This document shows positions 8,891 through 19,357 of a stretch of 64,000 nucleotides of DNA, one piece after another. Under the pieces are notes generated by a model. The model was not told the origin of the DNA. It did no database searches and saw only the letters and a list, made by a program, of their open reading frames with translations. Made by a program: the position numbers and the translations under genes. The stretch spans positions 32,001 to 96,000 of the forward strand of contig CBDFFH010000049.1 of assembly GCA_965246715.1 (NCBI GenBank), given 5' to 3'. The number at the start of each line of letters is the position of its first letter. Position 1 is the first letter of the stretch. The stretch comes from Chamaesiphon sp. (GTDB taxonomy: Bacteria; Cyanobacteriota; Cyanobacteriia; Cyanobacteriales; Chamaesiphonaceae).

Positions 8891-10879
8891 CCCACATTCC
8901 GCACTTCAATTTTAACGACAGACACTTAGACTTATTTATTACTTATTCGACAAATAAATACGTAATTAAAAGACGAAATCAGAACAGTCTCCATACTACA
9001 ACCGAAGCAGTGATTTAGTGATAAAATTATGGTTAAAACTCCCATTAACTTTATCAACAAATGAATTATAAATTAGAAGAGATTGAGATTAAAAATCTAG
9101 ACCATTTAGGGATAGTAGCTGGAATTATAGATGAAATAGGAATTGTAGAAAAAGTAAATGAATTATTAGGGACAGATTCTAGAGAAAAGATTAATTGTGG
9201 AGAAGTTGTTAAAGCAATTATTTTAAATGGGCTGGGATTTGTTGCACAACCATTATACTTATTTTCAAATTTCTTCAAAGATAAAGCTGTAGAACATTTA
9301 TTAGGAGCAGGAGTCAAAGCAGAGGAATTGAATGATGACAAACTCGGAAGAGTGATGGATAAGTTATATAAATATGGGCTGAATAATATTTTTTTGATTA
9401 TTGGTTTGTCAGTAATTAAGAAATACAAAATATCAACTAAGTATTCTCATTTAGATTCAACTTCATTTCATTTGCATGGACAATACAATAATCGAGAGCG
9501 TGATGAAACGGAAGAACAGAGATTAGAGGTAACTAGAGAAAATCCAATATTTATTACAGAAGGATACTCAAGAGACCACCGACCAGATCTCAAACAGTGT
9601 GTACTAGATCTAATAGTGAGTAGTGATGGAGATATCCCAATATTTATTAGAGGAGGTTCGGGGAATGAGTCAGACAAAGCAATGTTTGGAAGAATATTAG
9701 TCGAGTACTCACAGCAAGCAGATTTTGAGAGTATCATGATAGCGGATAGTGCTTTATACAGTGCAAAAAATCTAATATTAATCAAAGATTTAAAATGGAT
9801 AAGCCGAGTACCATTATCGATAAATAAAGCAAAAGATTTAGTTAGAACAGTAAAAAGTGAAAGCCTGAAAGATAGTAGCAGCAAAGGTTGTCGGTATTCG
9901 TCATCACAAGTGATATATGGAGGGATAGAACAAAGATGGATGATAGTAGAAAGCGAGGAAAGAAAGAAATCAGATTTAAAGAAAATACTCGATCGCCTAG
10001 AAAAAGAAGCAGAGAAAGCTAGCAAGGAAATCAACAAAATAATCAAGCTAGAATTTGAGCAGGTATCATTAGCACTGACAGCAATCGAACAGATTCAAGC
10101 TAAGTTAAAGTATCATCAAATAGTTCAAATTGAAACTTTCAGTAAAGTCAACAAAAAAGGACAAGAAATTCATACCGTTACCTGTAGATCGATCGAAAAC
10201 AAAGAACTAGTTGATGACATCAAAAATCAAGCTGGAAAATTTATACTGGCAACTAACATACTAAGCGAAACTGAATTAGAAACTTCGGAAATATTAACTG
10301 TATATAAGCAGCAGCAATCCTGCGAAAGAGGATTTAGATTTCTCAAAAATCCATTGTTTTTTGCAGACAGCCTATTTGTCAAAAATCCCGAAAGAGTAGA
10401 AACAATGATGATGCTGATGGGATTAAGTCTTTTAGTGTATACAATTGGACAGAGACAAATCAGGAATGGTCTGAAAGCCAGAAAATCTTCAGTAAAAAAT
10501 CAATTGAATAAAGCAACAGATCGACCAGCTCTAAGATGGATATTCCAGTGTTTTCAAGGAATTCATTACTTTCAGCTTGACGAGATTGAAAGAATTAGTA
10601 ATTTGACTGAAGAGCGGTGCCGAATTCTAGAGTTTTTACCTGAAGCTTGTCAAAAATACTATTTAGCTAACTGAATTTTATCATGATGTATTAAAGAGAT
10701 TCATTGTTGCAACCACTATTGAATATTTCCGACCAATTAGTTTTTAAAGATCGGCAAAGACTAGAAAATTGTCATGCTCATTCGAGCGAGTTTTTGATAT
10801 TGCAAATGTCACGAATATACTTCCAGGTTGATTTTAGCTATGGATTGCTTTTCGTAAAAATTGAAGTGCGGAATGTGGG
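8891..10879 (+). mobile_element. Complete IS1634-family insertion sequence
   Basis: TIR CCCACATTCCGCACTTCAATTTT (23 bp perfect, 28 bp with one mismatch). 6-bp target duplication TTAAAG at 8885-8890 and 10880-10885. AT-rich interior. Confidence 0.95.
9061..10674 (+). CDS. IS1634-family DDE transposase
   Basis: LDHLGIVAG, HLDSTSF, GYSRDHRPDLKQ, ADSALY and YKQQQSCERGFRFLK motifs. Confidence 0.95.
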   Translation: MNYKLEEIEIKNLDHLGIVAGIIDEIGIVEKVNELLGTDSREKINCGEVVKAIILNGLGFVAQPLYLFSNFFKDKAVEHLLGAGVKAEELNDDKLGRVMDKLYKYGLNNIFLIIGLSVIKKYKISTKYSHLDSTSFHLHGQYNNRERDETEEQRLEVTRENPIFITEGYSRDHRPDLKQCVLDLIVSSDGDIPIFIRGGSGNESDKAMFGRILVEYSQQADFESIMIADSALYSAKNLILIKDLKWISRVPLSINKAKDLVRTVKSESLKDSSSKGCRYSSSQVIYGGIEQRWMIVESEERKKSDLKKILDRLEKEAEKASKEINKIIKLEFEQVSLALTAIEQIQAKLKYHQIVQIETFSKVNKKGQEIHTVTCRSIENKELVDDIKNQAGKFILATNILSETELETSEILTVYKQQQSCERGFRFLKNPLFFADSLFVKNPERVETMMMLMGLSLLVYTIGQRQIRNGLKARKSSVKNQLNKATDRPALRWIFQCFQGIHYFQLDEIERISNLTEERCRILEFLPEACQKYYLAN

Positions 10880-11800
10880 TTAAAGATCGTCTTCAAACCA
10901 GGCATCTATCCCAAAACCCATCGCTCGCTTTAGTTGCAATCTCGATGCTAACTTAATTGCGGCATTTCTGCCGACACTTGTTTCGATGACTGAAGAGAAC
11001 ACCACATCGAGTTGATGTCGATCGATAAATTCACTCAATCGCCACGGAAACCCAGCAATTCCAGCTTTGACAACATAGATACCTCGCCAACCTTGTTGAT
11101 AAATAGCTTGAAGTCGAGCGAATGTTGCGACAGATTCATCTAGCGCGATCGAAGTATCATAAATCTGACTCAAGTAGATCGTTTCAGTAAGTAAATCGGG
11201 TGCTAGCGGTTGTTCGAGAAATTCGATTCTCGGCTCGCGACTACAAATTTTTAGCCATTGCACTGCTTCGAGATAAGTCAATCCTCCATTAGCGTCGAGA
11301 CGCAGCTTTGCATCCAGTGGCAAAACCGCGATTAAATCTTGCCAGAGTGCCAGTTCTGTGGCTATTGGCGCTACCCCAATCTTCCATTTAAAGGTTTTAT
11401 ATCCTCGTTCCCATAATGCCTGCCATGCGTCGATTGCAGTAGCACCTGTGGGCAATAATGCACTTATTTCCGGCTGCGCTCGATCGATCGATTCGTTATC
11501 ACTAAAAGCTGTCAGCGCACTACCAAACCCAAATTGACAGGCAGGTAAAGTATCGGGAATGAGATAAATTCGATCGCGAGTAATATTATCGCCAATCTGC
11601 TGACACCATGCGATCGCTTGTGCGAGTGATTCCGAACCAAACCACGGAATCGGTGCGATTTCTCCAGCATGAGATCTGCCGAGATCGTCAGTGAGCTGAA
11701 TGATGATGCCCTCCCTCACCGCCCAAATACCCTGACTCGTTTGCAGTGGTTGGCTGAATGGACGCTGATAGACAGAATATGTAAATCGATAACCAGTCAT
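10880..11800 (-). CDS. menC: o-succinylbenzoate synthase
   Basis: Enolase-superfamily motifs GEIAP, FKWKIG, LRLDANG, FLEQP and ALDES. Confidence 0.9.
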   Translation of the reverse strand: MTGYRFTYSVYQRPFSQPLQTSQGIWAVREGIIIQLTDDLGRSHAGEIAPIPWFGSESLAQAIAWCQQIGDNITRDRIYLIPDTLPACQFGFGSALTAFSDNESIDRAQPEISALLPTGATAIDAWQALWERGYKTFKWKIGVAPIATELALWQDLIAVLPLDAKLRLDANGGLTYLEAVQWLKICSREPRIEFLEQPLAPDLLTETIYLSQIYDTSIALDESVATFARLQAIYQQGWRGIYVVKAGIAGFPWRLSEFIDRHQLDVVFSSVIETSVGRNAAIKLASRLQLKRAMGFGIDAWFEDDL

Positions 11801-11890
11801 ATTACATACCTATGCTGTTTGCTGATTTACATTGGATAATTAGCGATTTATAATAGATCTGTCGATGCTCTACAAGCAATTAGAAAGTAA

Positions 11891-12193
11891 ATGACCCCAG
11901 CTAGCCAACTCCCGGATCGAGATCGTGAAATCGATCGGCAATTGAGAAGTTTTAATCGACGCATTCAACGGTTAGAAGATACTCAAATTACAGCAGCAGA
12001 ATTAAGTTTAGCTTTCGATCGGGTATATAATGAAATCGATGCAGTTGAAGATAAGATCGATGCATTTCGCGCCGAGTTCGATCTCTTTAGACTGGATACC
12101 AATCGTAAATTTGATGAAGTCAATAGAAAGCTAGATATCATCATTAGACGTACGACAGTTTCCACTGCGATGAGATATAGTAATAGCGATTAG
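11891..12193 (+). CDS. Small hypothetical coiled-coil protein
   Basis: 100-aa ORF with heptad-like charged composition. Confidence 0.65.
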   Translation: MTPASQLPDRDREIDRQLRSFNRRIQRLEDTQITAAELSLAFDRVYNEIDAVEDKIDAFRAEFDLFRLDTNRKFDEVNRKLDIIIRRTTVSTAMRYSNSD

Positions 12194-12235
12194 CACCTCA
12201 ATTTTCTAAATGTTGTCGATCGAATAACTGCGATC

Positions 12236-13402
12236 TTAGTAGGCTCGATCGATCGCTAAACCGCTTAACGATTTAGCTGCTTCGGCGGAGGTTAAACCCT
12301 TACTCTGAATTAAGATACCAAATTTACCCAAACCCATCGGATCGATAAGTTGATGGAGATTTTGGCGGCGGCTGAGTAGAGATTGGATGTCGCCACTACG
12401 ATCGGAAATTGCGGCGATCTTCTCTCCCAAACCCAATGCCATCAAAAACAGCCCTTGCTGGATAAAACCGACGTTTTGCAAGCCTAATAATTCACCATAG
12501 TTTTGCAATGCTGTAAAATCTACATGTGCGGTTAAATCTTGGCTACCGATATTAATATAAGGATCGTTATGATAGGCATGTTGATAATAGCACTGTAATG
12601 TGCCCTGAGAACGCATGGGATTGTAATAGCGATCGGCAGTATAGCCATAATCGATCGAGATAATATACCCGCGTTGCAATTTTTGGGATACAGTTTCTAG
12701 CCAATCTAATGCAGCTAAATTTACTTCGGTGCGATAGCGATCGGGGTATTTATTAGCTAGTAAATCGATCTGATTTAGTCGCCAATATTCATGCAATCGA
12801 TCGGTTGAAATCTCACCAATCTCTTCGCTAAATCTGCCATTTAGATTTTGGGTTACATAAACTTCTTGCAACTTTCCAGAGACGAGTGTTACTAGATGAA
12901 TGGGGAGAGCATCGATAAGTTCGTTAGATAAAAAGCAGCCAACGATCGAAGCATCGGGAAGCTCATCCCATTCACACCAACGTGCGGGTAAAGCATGCAA
13001 TTTTAACTGTTGTGCTGCAATCATCGCTGGTGCAGTCTCGACGATAATATAATCGATAGATCGAAAAAATTCCGGATATTCGTGTTGTGAATACTCTAAA
13101 ATTTGAGCTGCTAATAAGCCTTGTCCCGCTCCCATCTCAACGATGTTAAATGAGGCAGGATGAGCTAATATTTCCCAGATTTGATGTAGTTGAATCGCCA
13201 ACATCTCTCCGAAGTCAGCCGCCAGATGTGGAGCTGTGAGAAAGTCACCACTCTCGCTTATTCGCTCGGCATTACTAGCATAATAGCCTGCTTGAGGATG
13301 ATACAATACTAACTCCATATATTCAGCAAAAGTAATTCGTTGTTGTGACGAACTATTAATGCGATCGATAACAATTTCGATCGATCTAAGATTATCATCC
13401 AT
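12236..13402 (-). CDS. SAM-dependent methyltransferase, MidA/NDUFAF7 family
   Basis: LYHPQAGYY, GDFLTAP, EMGAGQG, SNELIDALP, IDYG and QDLTAHVDF motifs. Confidence 0.92.
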   Translation of the reverse strand: MDDNLRSIEIVIDRINSSSQQRITFAEYMELVLYHPQAGYYASNAERISESGDFLTAPHLAADFGEMLAIQLHQIWEILAHPASFNIVEMGAGQGLLAAQILEYSQHEYPEFFRSIDYIIVETAPAMIAAQQLKLHALPARWCEWDELPDASIVGCFLSNELIDALPIHLVTLVSGKLQEVYVTQNLNGRFSEEIGEISTDRLHEYWRLNQIDLLANKYPDRYRTEVNLAALDWLETVSQKLQRGYIISIDYGYTADRYYNPMRSQGTLQCYYQHAYHNDPYINIGSQDLTAHVDFTALQNYGELLGLQNVGFIQQGLFLMALGLGEKIAAISDRSGDIQSLLSRRQNLHQLIDPMGLGKFGILIQSKGLTSAEAAKSLSGLAIDRAY

Positions 13403-13764
13403 AGTTATAATTTTTCTACGCTCTCGATCTAATCGGTGTTAGGATATAAACTCTACAAGATTTTACAAATAATCGACACTTAAAGTAATGGAACTGCATC
13501 GGACGACTGGTAACTGGAGATTGGGATTGGGGTTATCCTTGATTACCGTCGTTTTATGGGGATTGGTGCCAGTTGCACTCGCGATCGTCCTAAAAAAATT
13601 AGATGCTTATACGATTAATTGGTTTCGATTTGCTACTGCATTTATTTTACTTGGCTGTTACTTAGCAAAGCAAGGAAATTTACCGAAAGTTGCTCGATTG
13701 CGAGCTGTACCTGTCTATCTACTAGCGCTCGCAATTCTTGGGTTGACGGGTAATTATATTTTCT

Positions 13765-15200
13765 GGCTCTTCACTACTTAGTATGCTCGATCGATAGCAA
13801 ATGTGGCAAATAGAAATTAATCAATATGTGAAATTGCCATAAAAGTGGAGTGATAATTGACATTGGGGGCATTTTGTTATTAAGTATAATCTAATTGAAA
13901 GCGATCTTGAGACAAACCAGAAGAAAATGCTCACCAAAAAGGAAATACAACTACTAACAGAAGTACTAAATCTAGCGGGAGTAAAAGTAAATGCCAAGCA
14001 CCAACATGAAGGAATTGGAATAATTTTAGGAGTTGAGTCGAGCGAAAAAATAAGTGTTTGCCAACGCTGTGGTTTGAAAAGCGACAAGTTACACCAAAAC
14101 CATCGGCAAATAATCAAAGATTTGGATTGGGGAGGGCAAGCGGTATTTTTAGAAATAAATAGAAGACAATTCAACTGCGAAAAATGCCAGAAACCATTTA
14201 GCGAAGAATTAGAATTTGTCAAGTCAAGAAGAAGATACACGAAAAGATTAGCAGATCGGATAATAGAAGAAGTATTAGCAGATGACATTAGGAGTGTAGC
14301 GAAGAAGGGGAAGGTAACAGAGAAAGAAATAGAAAGAATGCTAAAGGATGCATCAGGAGATTTATCAAAAATAAAACCAATAGGATTAAAAAGATTAGGG
14401 ATAGACGAAATAGCATTGATTAAAGGGCAGGGAAAATATTGTGCAGTATTAATAGACATAGATCGTTCTAAATTATTGGCAATTATCGAGGGAAGAACCA
14501 AAGAAGAAATTAAGAAAGTCCTGAGAGAGTGGGGGTCAGAGGTATTAGAAGGAATCGAAGAAGTAAGCATAGACTTATGGCAGGGATATAAAAGTCTAGC
14601 AATAGAAATGATGCCAAAAGCTCAGATAGTAGCAGATCGATTCCATATAATGGTACAAATAAATCAAGAATTAGATGGAGAAAGAAAGAAGGAGAAGCGA
14701 AAAATCGAAGCAGAAATAAAGCAAGCAAAAACCCCAGAAGAAAAAGCGGAGAAAGCGGCTATATTAGCAGGAATAACTAATAGTAAGTATCCAATATTGA
14801 AAAACGAAGAAGACTTAAATGAAGAACAGAAAGACAAGCTAGCTCAGGTAAAAAATGTATCAAGTCAGCTCGGAAAAATGCATCAATTGAAAGAGGATTT
14901 TCGAGAAATATTTGAGAAAAAGGAAAGCTGGAATGAGGGATTACTAGGCTTAGGGGAATGGCTGTCAAAAGCTCAAAAATATTTTGTCAAAAGTCAAGGG
15001 ACAATTTATCGATGGTTTGATGAAATACTGGCTTATTTTGACAATGGAACAACTAGTGGAGTAGTGGAGGGAATTAATAACAAGCTAAAACTAATCAAAC
15101 GTTCAGCATATGGATTTACTAATTTTGAGAATTTCCGAAATAGATGCTTGCTTAATTGGCACTTCAATCATTAATTTGGCATACTAACTAGTGAAGAGCC
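13765..15200 (+). mobile_element. Complete ISL3-family insertion sequence
   Basis: TIR GGCTCTTCACTA(C/G)TTAGTATGC. 8-bp target duplication TATTTTCT at 13757-13764 and 15201-15208. Confidence 0.95.
13927..15174 (+). CDS. ISL3-family transposase
   Basis: Zn finger CQRC...CEKC, LGIDE, VSIDLW, ADRFH and EGINNKLKLIKRSAYGF motifs. Confidence 0.95.
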   Translation: MLTKKEIQLLTEVLNLAGVKVNAKHQHEGIGIILGVESSEKISVCQRCGLKSDKLHQNHRQIIKDLDWGGQAVFLEINRRQFNCEKCQKPFSEELEFVKSRRRYTKRLADRIIEEVLADDIRSVAKKGKVTEKEIERMLKDASGDLSKIKPIGLKRLGIDEIALIKGQGKYCAVLIDIDRSKLLAIIEGRTKEEIKKVLREWGSEVLEGIEEVSIDLWQGYKSLAIEMMPKAQIVADRFHIMVQINQELDGERKKEKRKIEAEIKQAKTPEEKAEKAAILAGITNSKYPILKNEEDLNEEQKDKLAQVKNVSSQLGKMHQLKEDFREIFEKKESWNEGLLGLGEWLSKAQKYFVKSQGTIYRWFDEILAYFDNGTTSGVVEGINNKLKLIKRSAYGFTNFENFRNRCLLNWHFNH

Positions 15201-15909
15201 TATTTTCTTTGTATTAGGATTGAAAGCGACATCGCCTTCGCATGCCGAAGTGTTAATTCAGTTAGCGGGTGTCTTTTTAAGTTTGGGCGGATTGGTAATT
15301 TTCAAGGAACGTTATACCCGCTATCAATGGATGGGTGTCGGTGTTTTAGTTGCGGGATTTATCGGGTTCTTTTACGAACAATTAAAAGTATTGGTTAGTG
15401 ATAGCGATCGATATATTAGTGGTAGCATCATGCTAATAATTGCGGGACTGAGTTGGGCGGTATATGCGCTGATCCAAAAGCAATTATTAACCAAATTGGA
15501 TTCTACACATATCATGTGGATTATTTATGGCGCTTGCGGGCTATTATTTTGGATGCTAGCCAAACCCCAGATCCTACTTCAGCTTAACTCGATCGAGTGG
15601 CTCGCGCTAATTTTTTGCGGTTTAAATACCGTAGTTGCCTATGGTGCTTTTGCCGAATCGCTTCAACACTGGGAAGCTTCGCGCGTAAGTGCGATCTTAG
15701 CGCTAGCACCAATTTTTACGATCGTGGCAATGAGTCTGACTGCTCGGCTCGCACCTGGTTTAGTCGCTCCGGAGCACATTACCCCACTTGCTTTAGTCGG
15801 CGCAATTCTCATCGTCTCTGGTTCGGTATCGATTTCTTTGGGGAAAGGATAGTGGCTAACTTAGCAGCAATTTCGCTGTTATATTTTCGACGAGCGTAAC
15901 GCATATTTA

Positions 15910-16902
15910 TCAGCTTTCCTCGTCAATAATATCGATTTCAGCTTTGACACGTTTGGAAAAGAGCTTATTTGCATCCCAGGCATAATTGGTAAAGCTAGGG
16001 AGAATTTCTTGGGCAAAAGCTTCGGCGGCTTTCGATCGATAGCGGTTGGGATTGACAATTGCTGCCAGCATTCTTTTGATTTCCACACCGTCGACGTGAA
16101 CTCGATGTAATGTGGCATTTTCCAACTCCCGTTCGATCGCGGATGAAGAGACAAAGGCAGCACCCAAGCCAGCTTGAACGGCATTTTTAATCGCTTCGAT
16201 CGAGTTGAGTTCCATTTCGATCTTCAAGCGTTTGGGATCGATGTCGCAACGGGTTAAGACGCGATCGATCGCTTTCCGAATTGTTGATTGCGAATCTAAG
16301 GAGATAAACTTCAATTTATACAACTCTTCTTTCGGAATGCTTTTCATCCCCGCCAAACTATGATTGCTAGGTAAAATCAGTGCGAATTCATCCTCAGCAT
16401 AGGGGAGAATATCGAGCGATTCTTGTAATTCCGGGGGGACTTCACCGCCGATAATTGCCAAATCTACTTGTCCGTTGGCTACGCTCCAAGCCGTGCGGCG
16501 GGTGGAGTGAACGTGCAATTGCACCGATACATCGGGATATTTTTGGCGAAACATCCCAATCATCCGAGGTAGCAAATACGTCCCGGTAGTTTGCGAAGCG
16601 CCGACAATTAGCGTACCACCTTGCAGATTTTGCAGATCTTCGATCGCGCGACAGGTTTCCTGGCAGAGTGTAATAATTTTTTCGCCATAACTGAGCAACA
16701 AATGTCCGGCTTCAGTTAATTGCGCCCGTCTACCGCCGCGATCGAATAACGGTACATCCAATTGACGTTCGAGATTCTGCACCTGTAAACTGACAGCAGG
16801 TTGCGACACGTATAAACTATCAGCGGCGCGTTTAAAGCTACCCTCCGCAGCAATTGCCTTGAGAATCCGTAATTGATCCAGAGTAAACGGCAGGTCAGAC
16901 AT
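15910..16902 (-). CDS. rbcR: LysR-family transcriptional regulator RbcR/Ycf30
   Basis: [38 protein letters not shown] helix-turn-helix, [12 protein letters not shown] and NPNRYRSKA motifs. Confidence 0.9.
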   Translation of the reverse strand: MSDLPFTLDQLRILKAIAAEGSFKRAADSLYVSQPAVSLQVQNLERQLDVPLFDRGGRRAQLTEAGHLLLSYGEKIITLCQETCRAIEDLQNLQGGTLIVGASQTTGTYLLPRMIGMFRQKYPDVSVQLHVHSTRRTAWSVANGQVDLAIIGGEVPPELQESLDILPYAEDEFALILPSNHSLAGMKSIPKEELYKLKFISLDSQSTIRKAIDRVLTRCDIDPKRLKIEMELNSIEAIKNAVQAGLGAAFVSSSAIERELENATLHRVHVDGVEIKRMLAAIVNPNRYRSKAAEAFAQEILPSFTNYAWDANKLFSKRVKAEIDIIDEES

Positions 16903-17116
16903 AGCAATGAGCGTGTAAGATTTAGTAGCGATCGACTATCGACTTCCATTGACAGTACCATAACTGTCGGTACTTAGTCCCCGCAAGTAATAATTCCGAT
17001 CTTTATTGGTGTTTCCACGGGTATCTGGCATTTCAAAGTAGTATAACAGCAATATTTTAATCTAGCGATCGGCTCAAATATATCTGCTGGAAACTGCCGA
17101 CCCTACCTGCTCAGCC

Positions 17117-18007
17117 CTAATCCTTTCGCAAAAACGGCACGATCGATTGTTTAATATCAGCATACCAGTGTTCTTGAGGATAGTGTGCGGCGGTAGGCAG
17201 CTGAATTAATTCCCCTTGCTTCAAGGATTTGACGCAATTTTCAGCTTGAGCGAGATCGAGCCAGGGATCGTTCGTCCCCCAGATAATTTGGATCGGAAGA
17301 TCTAATTTTGGCAAGCCAGTAGCAATCTCAGTCAGGGATGCGGCTAATTTGAGGTTACGGATGGTAGCCAGGAGCGTGCGACCAGGGGCAGAACTTTTGA
17401 GATATGGTTTACGATAGGCTTCGAGATACTTATCTTCGATCGTCAATTTACAGCCAGCTTCGAGCGTCCGCTCGACTGAGAGAGGATCTTGTACGAGCAT
17501 TTCTCCAGCAACTGGTAATCCCAACTGCACTAGCTTCCACGGTAATTTGGCACTCGTGGTCAACGGGGCATTGAGAATGACTAACTTCTCGACGCGATCG
17601 GGATAGCGTAGCGCATATTGTATCCCAACAGTGCCTAAAAAGCCCTGGACTACTAACGAAACTCGATCGAGACTCAAAGTATCCATTAGCTCGGAAAATG
17701 CGCCGACAAAGGCATCTGGAGTGTAGGCAAAGTCGCGCGGTTCCGGCTTACTAGAATTACCAAAACCGATCCAATCCGGCGCGATTGCCCGAATCCCATT
17801 TTCAGCTAATGATGGTAACAATCCCGTCCAACTCAAACTTTGGGATGGCAGTCCATGCAACAAGATTGCGGTCTGGGGATCTTCCCAGCCGACTGGTTGG
17901 ACTTCCCGATAAAACCACTCTAGTTTGCCAGCTTGAATTGAAGTCCGCGTAATTTTTACCACGATAAATTTAGGAGAGATGCGATCGATTAGCCATTCGA
18001 TGACCAT
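17117..18007 (-). CDS. Alpha/beta-fold hydrolase (haloalkane dehalogenase-like)
   Basis: LLHGLP, APDWIGFG, WGTNDPW and HYPQE motifs. Start codon uncertain. Confidence 0.85.
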   Translation of the reverse strand: MVIEWLIDRISPKFIVVKITRTSIQAGKLEWFYREVQPVGWEDPQTAILLHGLPSQSLSWTGLLPSLAENGIRAIAPDWIGFGNSSKPEPRDFAYTPDAFVGAFSELMDTLSLDRVSLVVQGFLGTVGIQYALRYPDRVEKLVILNAPLTTSAKLPWKLVQLGLPVAGEMLVQDPLSVERTLEAGCKLTIEDKYLEAYRKPYLKSSAPGRTLLATIRNLKLAASLTEIATGLPKLDLPIQIIWGTNDPWLDLAQAENCVKSLKQGELIQLPTAAHYPQEHWYADIKQSIVPFLRKD

Positions 18008-18038
18008 ATCGCAGATCGATCGCTTTTGGTGCGATTAA

Positions 18039-18259
18039 TTAGCCCAAGTTGCTACCTATTTCTTGCCTGCGACTGAAGTCGCGGCTAATGATGCGAAGTC
18101 CGCCTGCGCGGACTAAATTATTAGTCCGCGCAGGCAGGCTTTTGCCGCTCGCGGCAACAACCGGACTTCGCGGACTGAATTTACTAGTCCGCGAAGGCGG
18201 ACTTTGTAACACAAGCGGCGGTTTTAACCGCTTCGAGTGTAGGTAGCAACTTAGATTAA
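18039..18259. repeat. MITE/REPIN-like element with nested hairpins
   Basis: Terminal IR CCAAGTTGCTACCTA / TAGGTAGCAACTTAG. Internal AGTCCGC...GCGGACT pairs, GCGACTGAAGTCGC and GCGGTTTTAACCGC hairpins. An inverted copy lies at 35544-35757. Confidence 0.85.
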
Positions 18260-19284
18260 TTAGCCCGCCAGATCCCAATGTCGCCATCCGCACTGCCACT
18301 GAGCAGCGTTTGTCCGTTTGGGCTAAAGGCCAGAGCGGTAATTACCTTACTATGAGCATTTGAAAAAGTTTTCAGGTTTTGAGCCGAGTTGAGATCCCAT
18401 AGTCGAATCTCGCCATCGAAACCACCACTAGCGAGCATTTTACCATCGGGAGAAATCGCCACAGCCGAGACCGAATAAGCATGAGCGCGAAAAGTTTTCT
18501 GCTTTTTACCAGAGCTAATATCCCACAAATTAATGGTGTTATCGATGCTCCCTGTCACTAGGGTCTTGCTATCAGGTGAAATCGCTGTGGCTGTTACCCA
18601 ACCTGTATGTCCAGAGAGATCGTACAGTAATTTACTCGATCCCAAGTGCCACAGCCGGACTTGGCGATCGGAACTACCCCCAGCCAAAAATTCACCATTC
18701 TTGCTCACTGCAACCGTGAGTACGGGTGCGGTGGGATCTTTAAAAGTCTGCGAAACAGTTTTGGTTTCGAGATCCCATTTCTCGATCGAGTTGCCCGTGC
18801 GTCCAGCTAGCAAACTGCGCCCATCGGGAGTCATCGCCAACGCCGTTACATAAGCTCCTTTGGTCGCCGAGTCTAGTTTTGATTTGAGCTTGCCTGTAGC
18901 GACATCCCAGACCTGGATCGTGTCGTCCATGCCACCACTGGCAAGGTTTTGAGATGTATTATCGATCGCTAACGAGAGGATCGCGCCCCCAGCTCCCTCC
19001 AGTGTCTTGACTTGCTTATTTTCGCGTAAATCCCACTGTTTGACGGTGCGATCGTGACTGCCGCTAAAGGCTGTTTGGCTATCGCTGGTTATCGCTAACG
19101 ATGATACTACGTCTGTATGTCCGGTAAGGTTGCCAACGCGACCGATTTTTTGGGCTAGCTCCAATCCAGAATATGCTGTTGCGGGCGGATCGTAGAATGA
19201 CTTGAGTAGAAACAGCGTCACCACAATTACTGCTAAAGAGGCAGCTAATCCGATCGCTGTCGGTAAATTTTTTCGATCGAGCAT
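18256..19284 (-). CDS. Membrane-anchored WD40 repeat protein
   Basis: N-terminal hydrophobic helix and seven GH...WD-type repeats. Confidence 0.92.
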   Translation of the reverse strand: MLDRKNLPTAIGLAASLAVIVVTLFLLKSFYDPPATAYSGLELAQKIGRVGNLTGHTDVVSSLAITSDSQTAFSGSHDRTVKQWDLRENKQVKTLEGAGGAILSLAIDNTSQNLASGGMDDTIQVWDVATGKLKSKLDSATKGAYVTALAMTPDGRSLLAGRTGNSIEKWDLETKTVSQTFKDPTAPVLTVAVSKNGEFLAGGSSDRQVRLWHLGSSKLLYDLSGHTGWVTATAISPDSKTLVTGSIDNTINLWDISSGKKQKTFRAHAYSVSAVAISPDGKMLASGGFDGEIRLWDLNSAQNLKTFSNAHSKVITALAFSPNGQTLLSGSADGDIGIWRAN

Positions 19285-19357
19285 CTGTTCCCTCTCACCT
19301 AATTAATTGCAGTCTGGTCTCTACTTGTTGTCGCATTATTTTCCTCACCAAGAATTG

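Larger units (their letters stand above)
13488..15852 (+). pseudogene. EamA/DMT-family transporter interrupted by ISL3
   Basis: Joining 13488-13764 to 15209-15852 gives 921 nt in frame (306 aa; ...GNYIF|FVLGLKATSPSHAE...) with two EamA repeats. Confidence 0.92.

Noticed and set aside
13821..14570. 249-aa antisense ORF in ISL3 (and similar antisense ORFs in IS1634)
   Set aside because: These are shadow frames of A-rich transposase genes.
18039..18299. Short ORFs on both strands (86 aa and 65 aa)
   Set aside because: They are translations of the palindromic repeat element.
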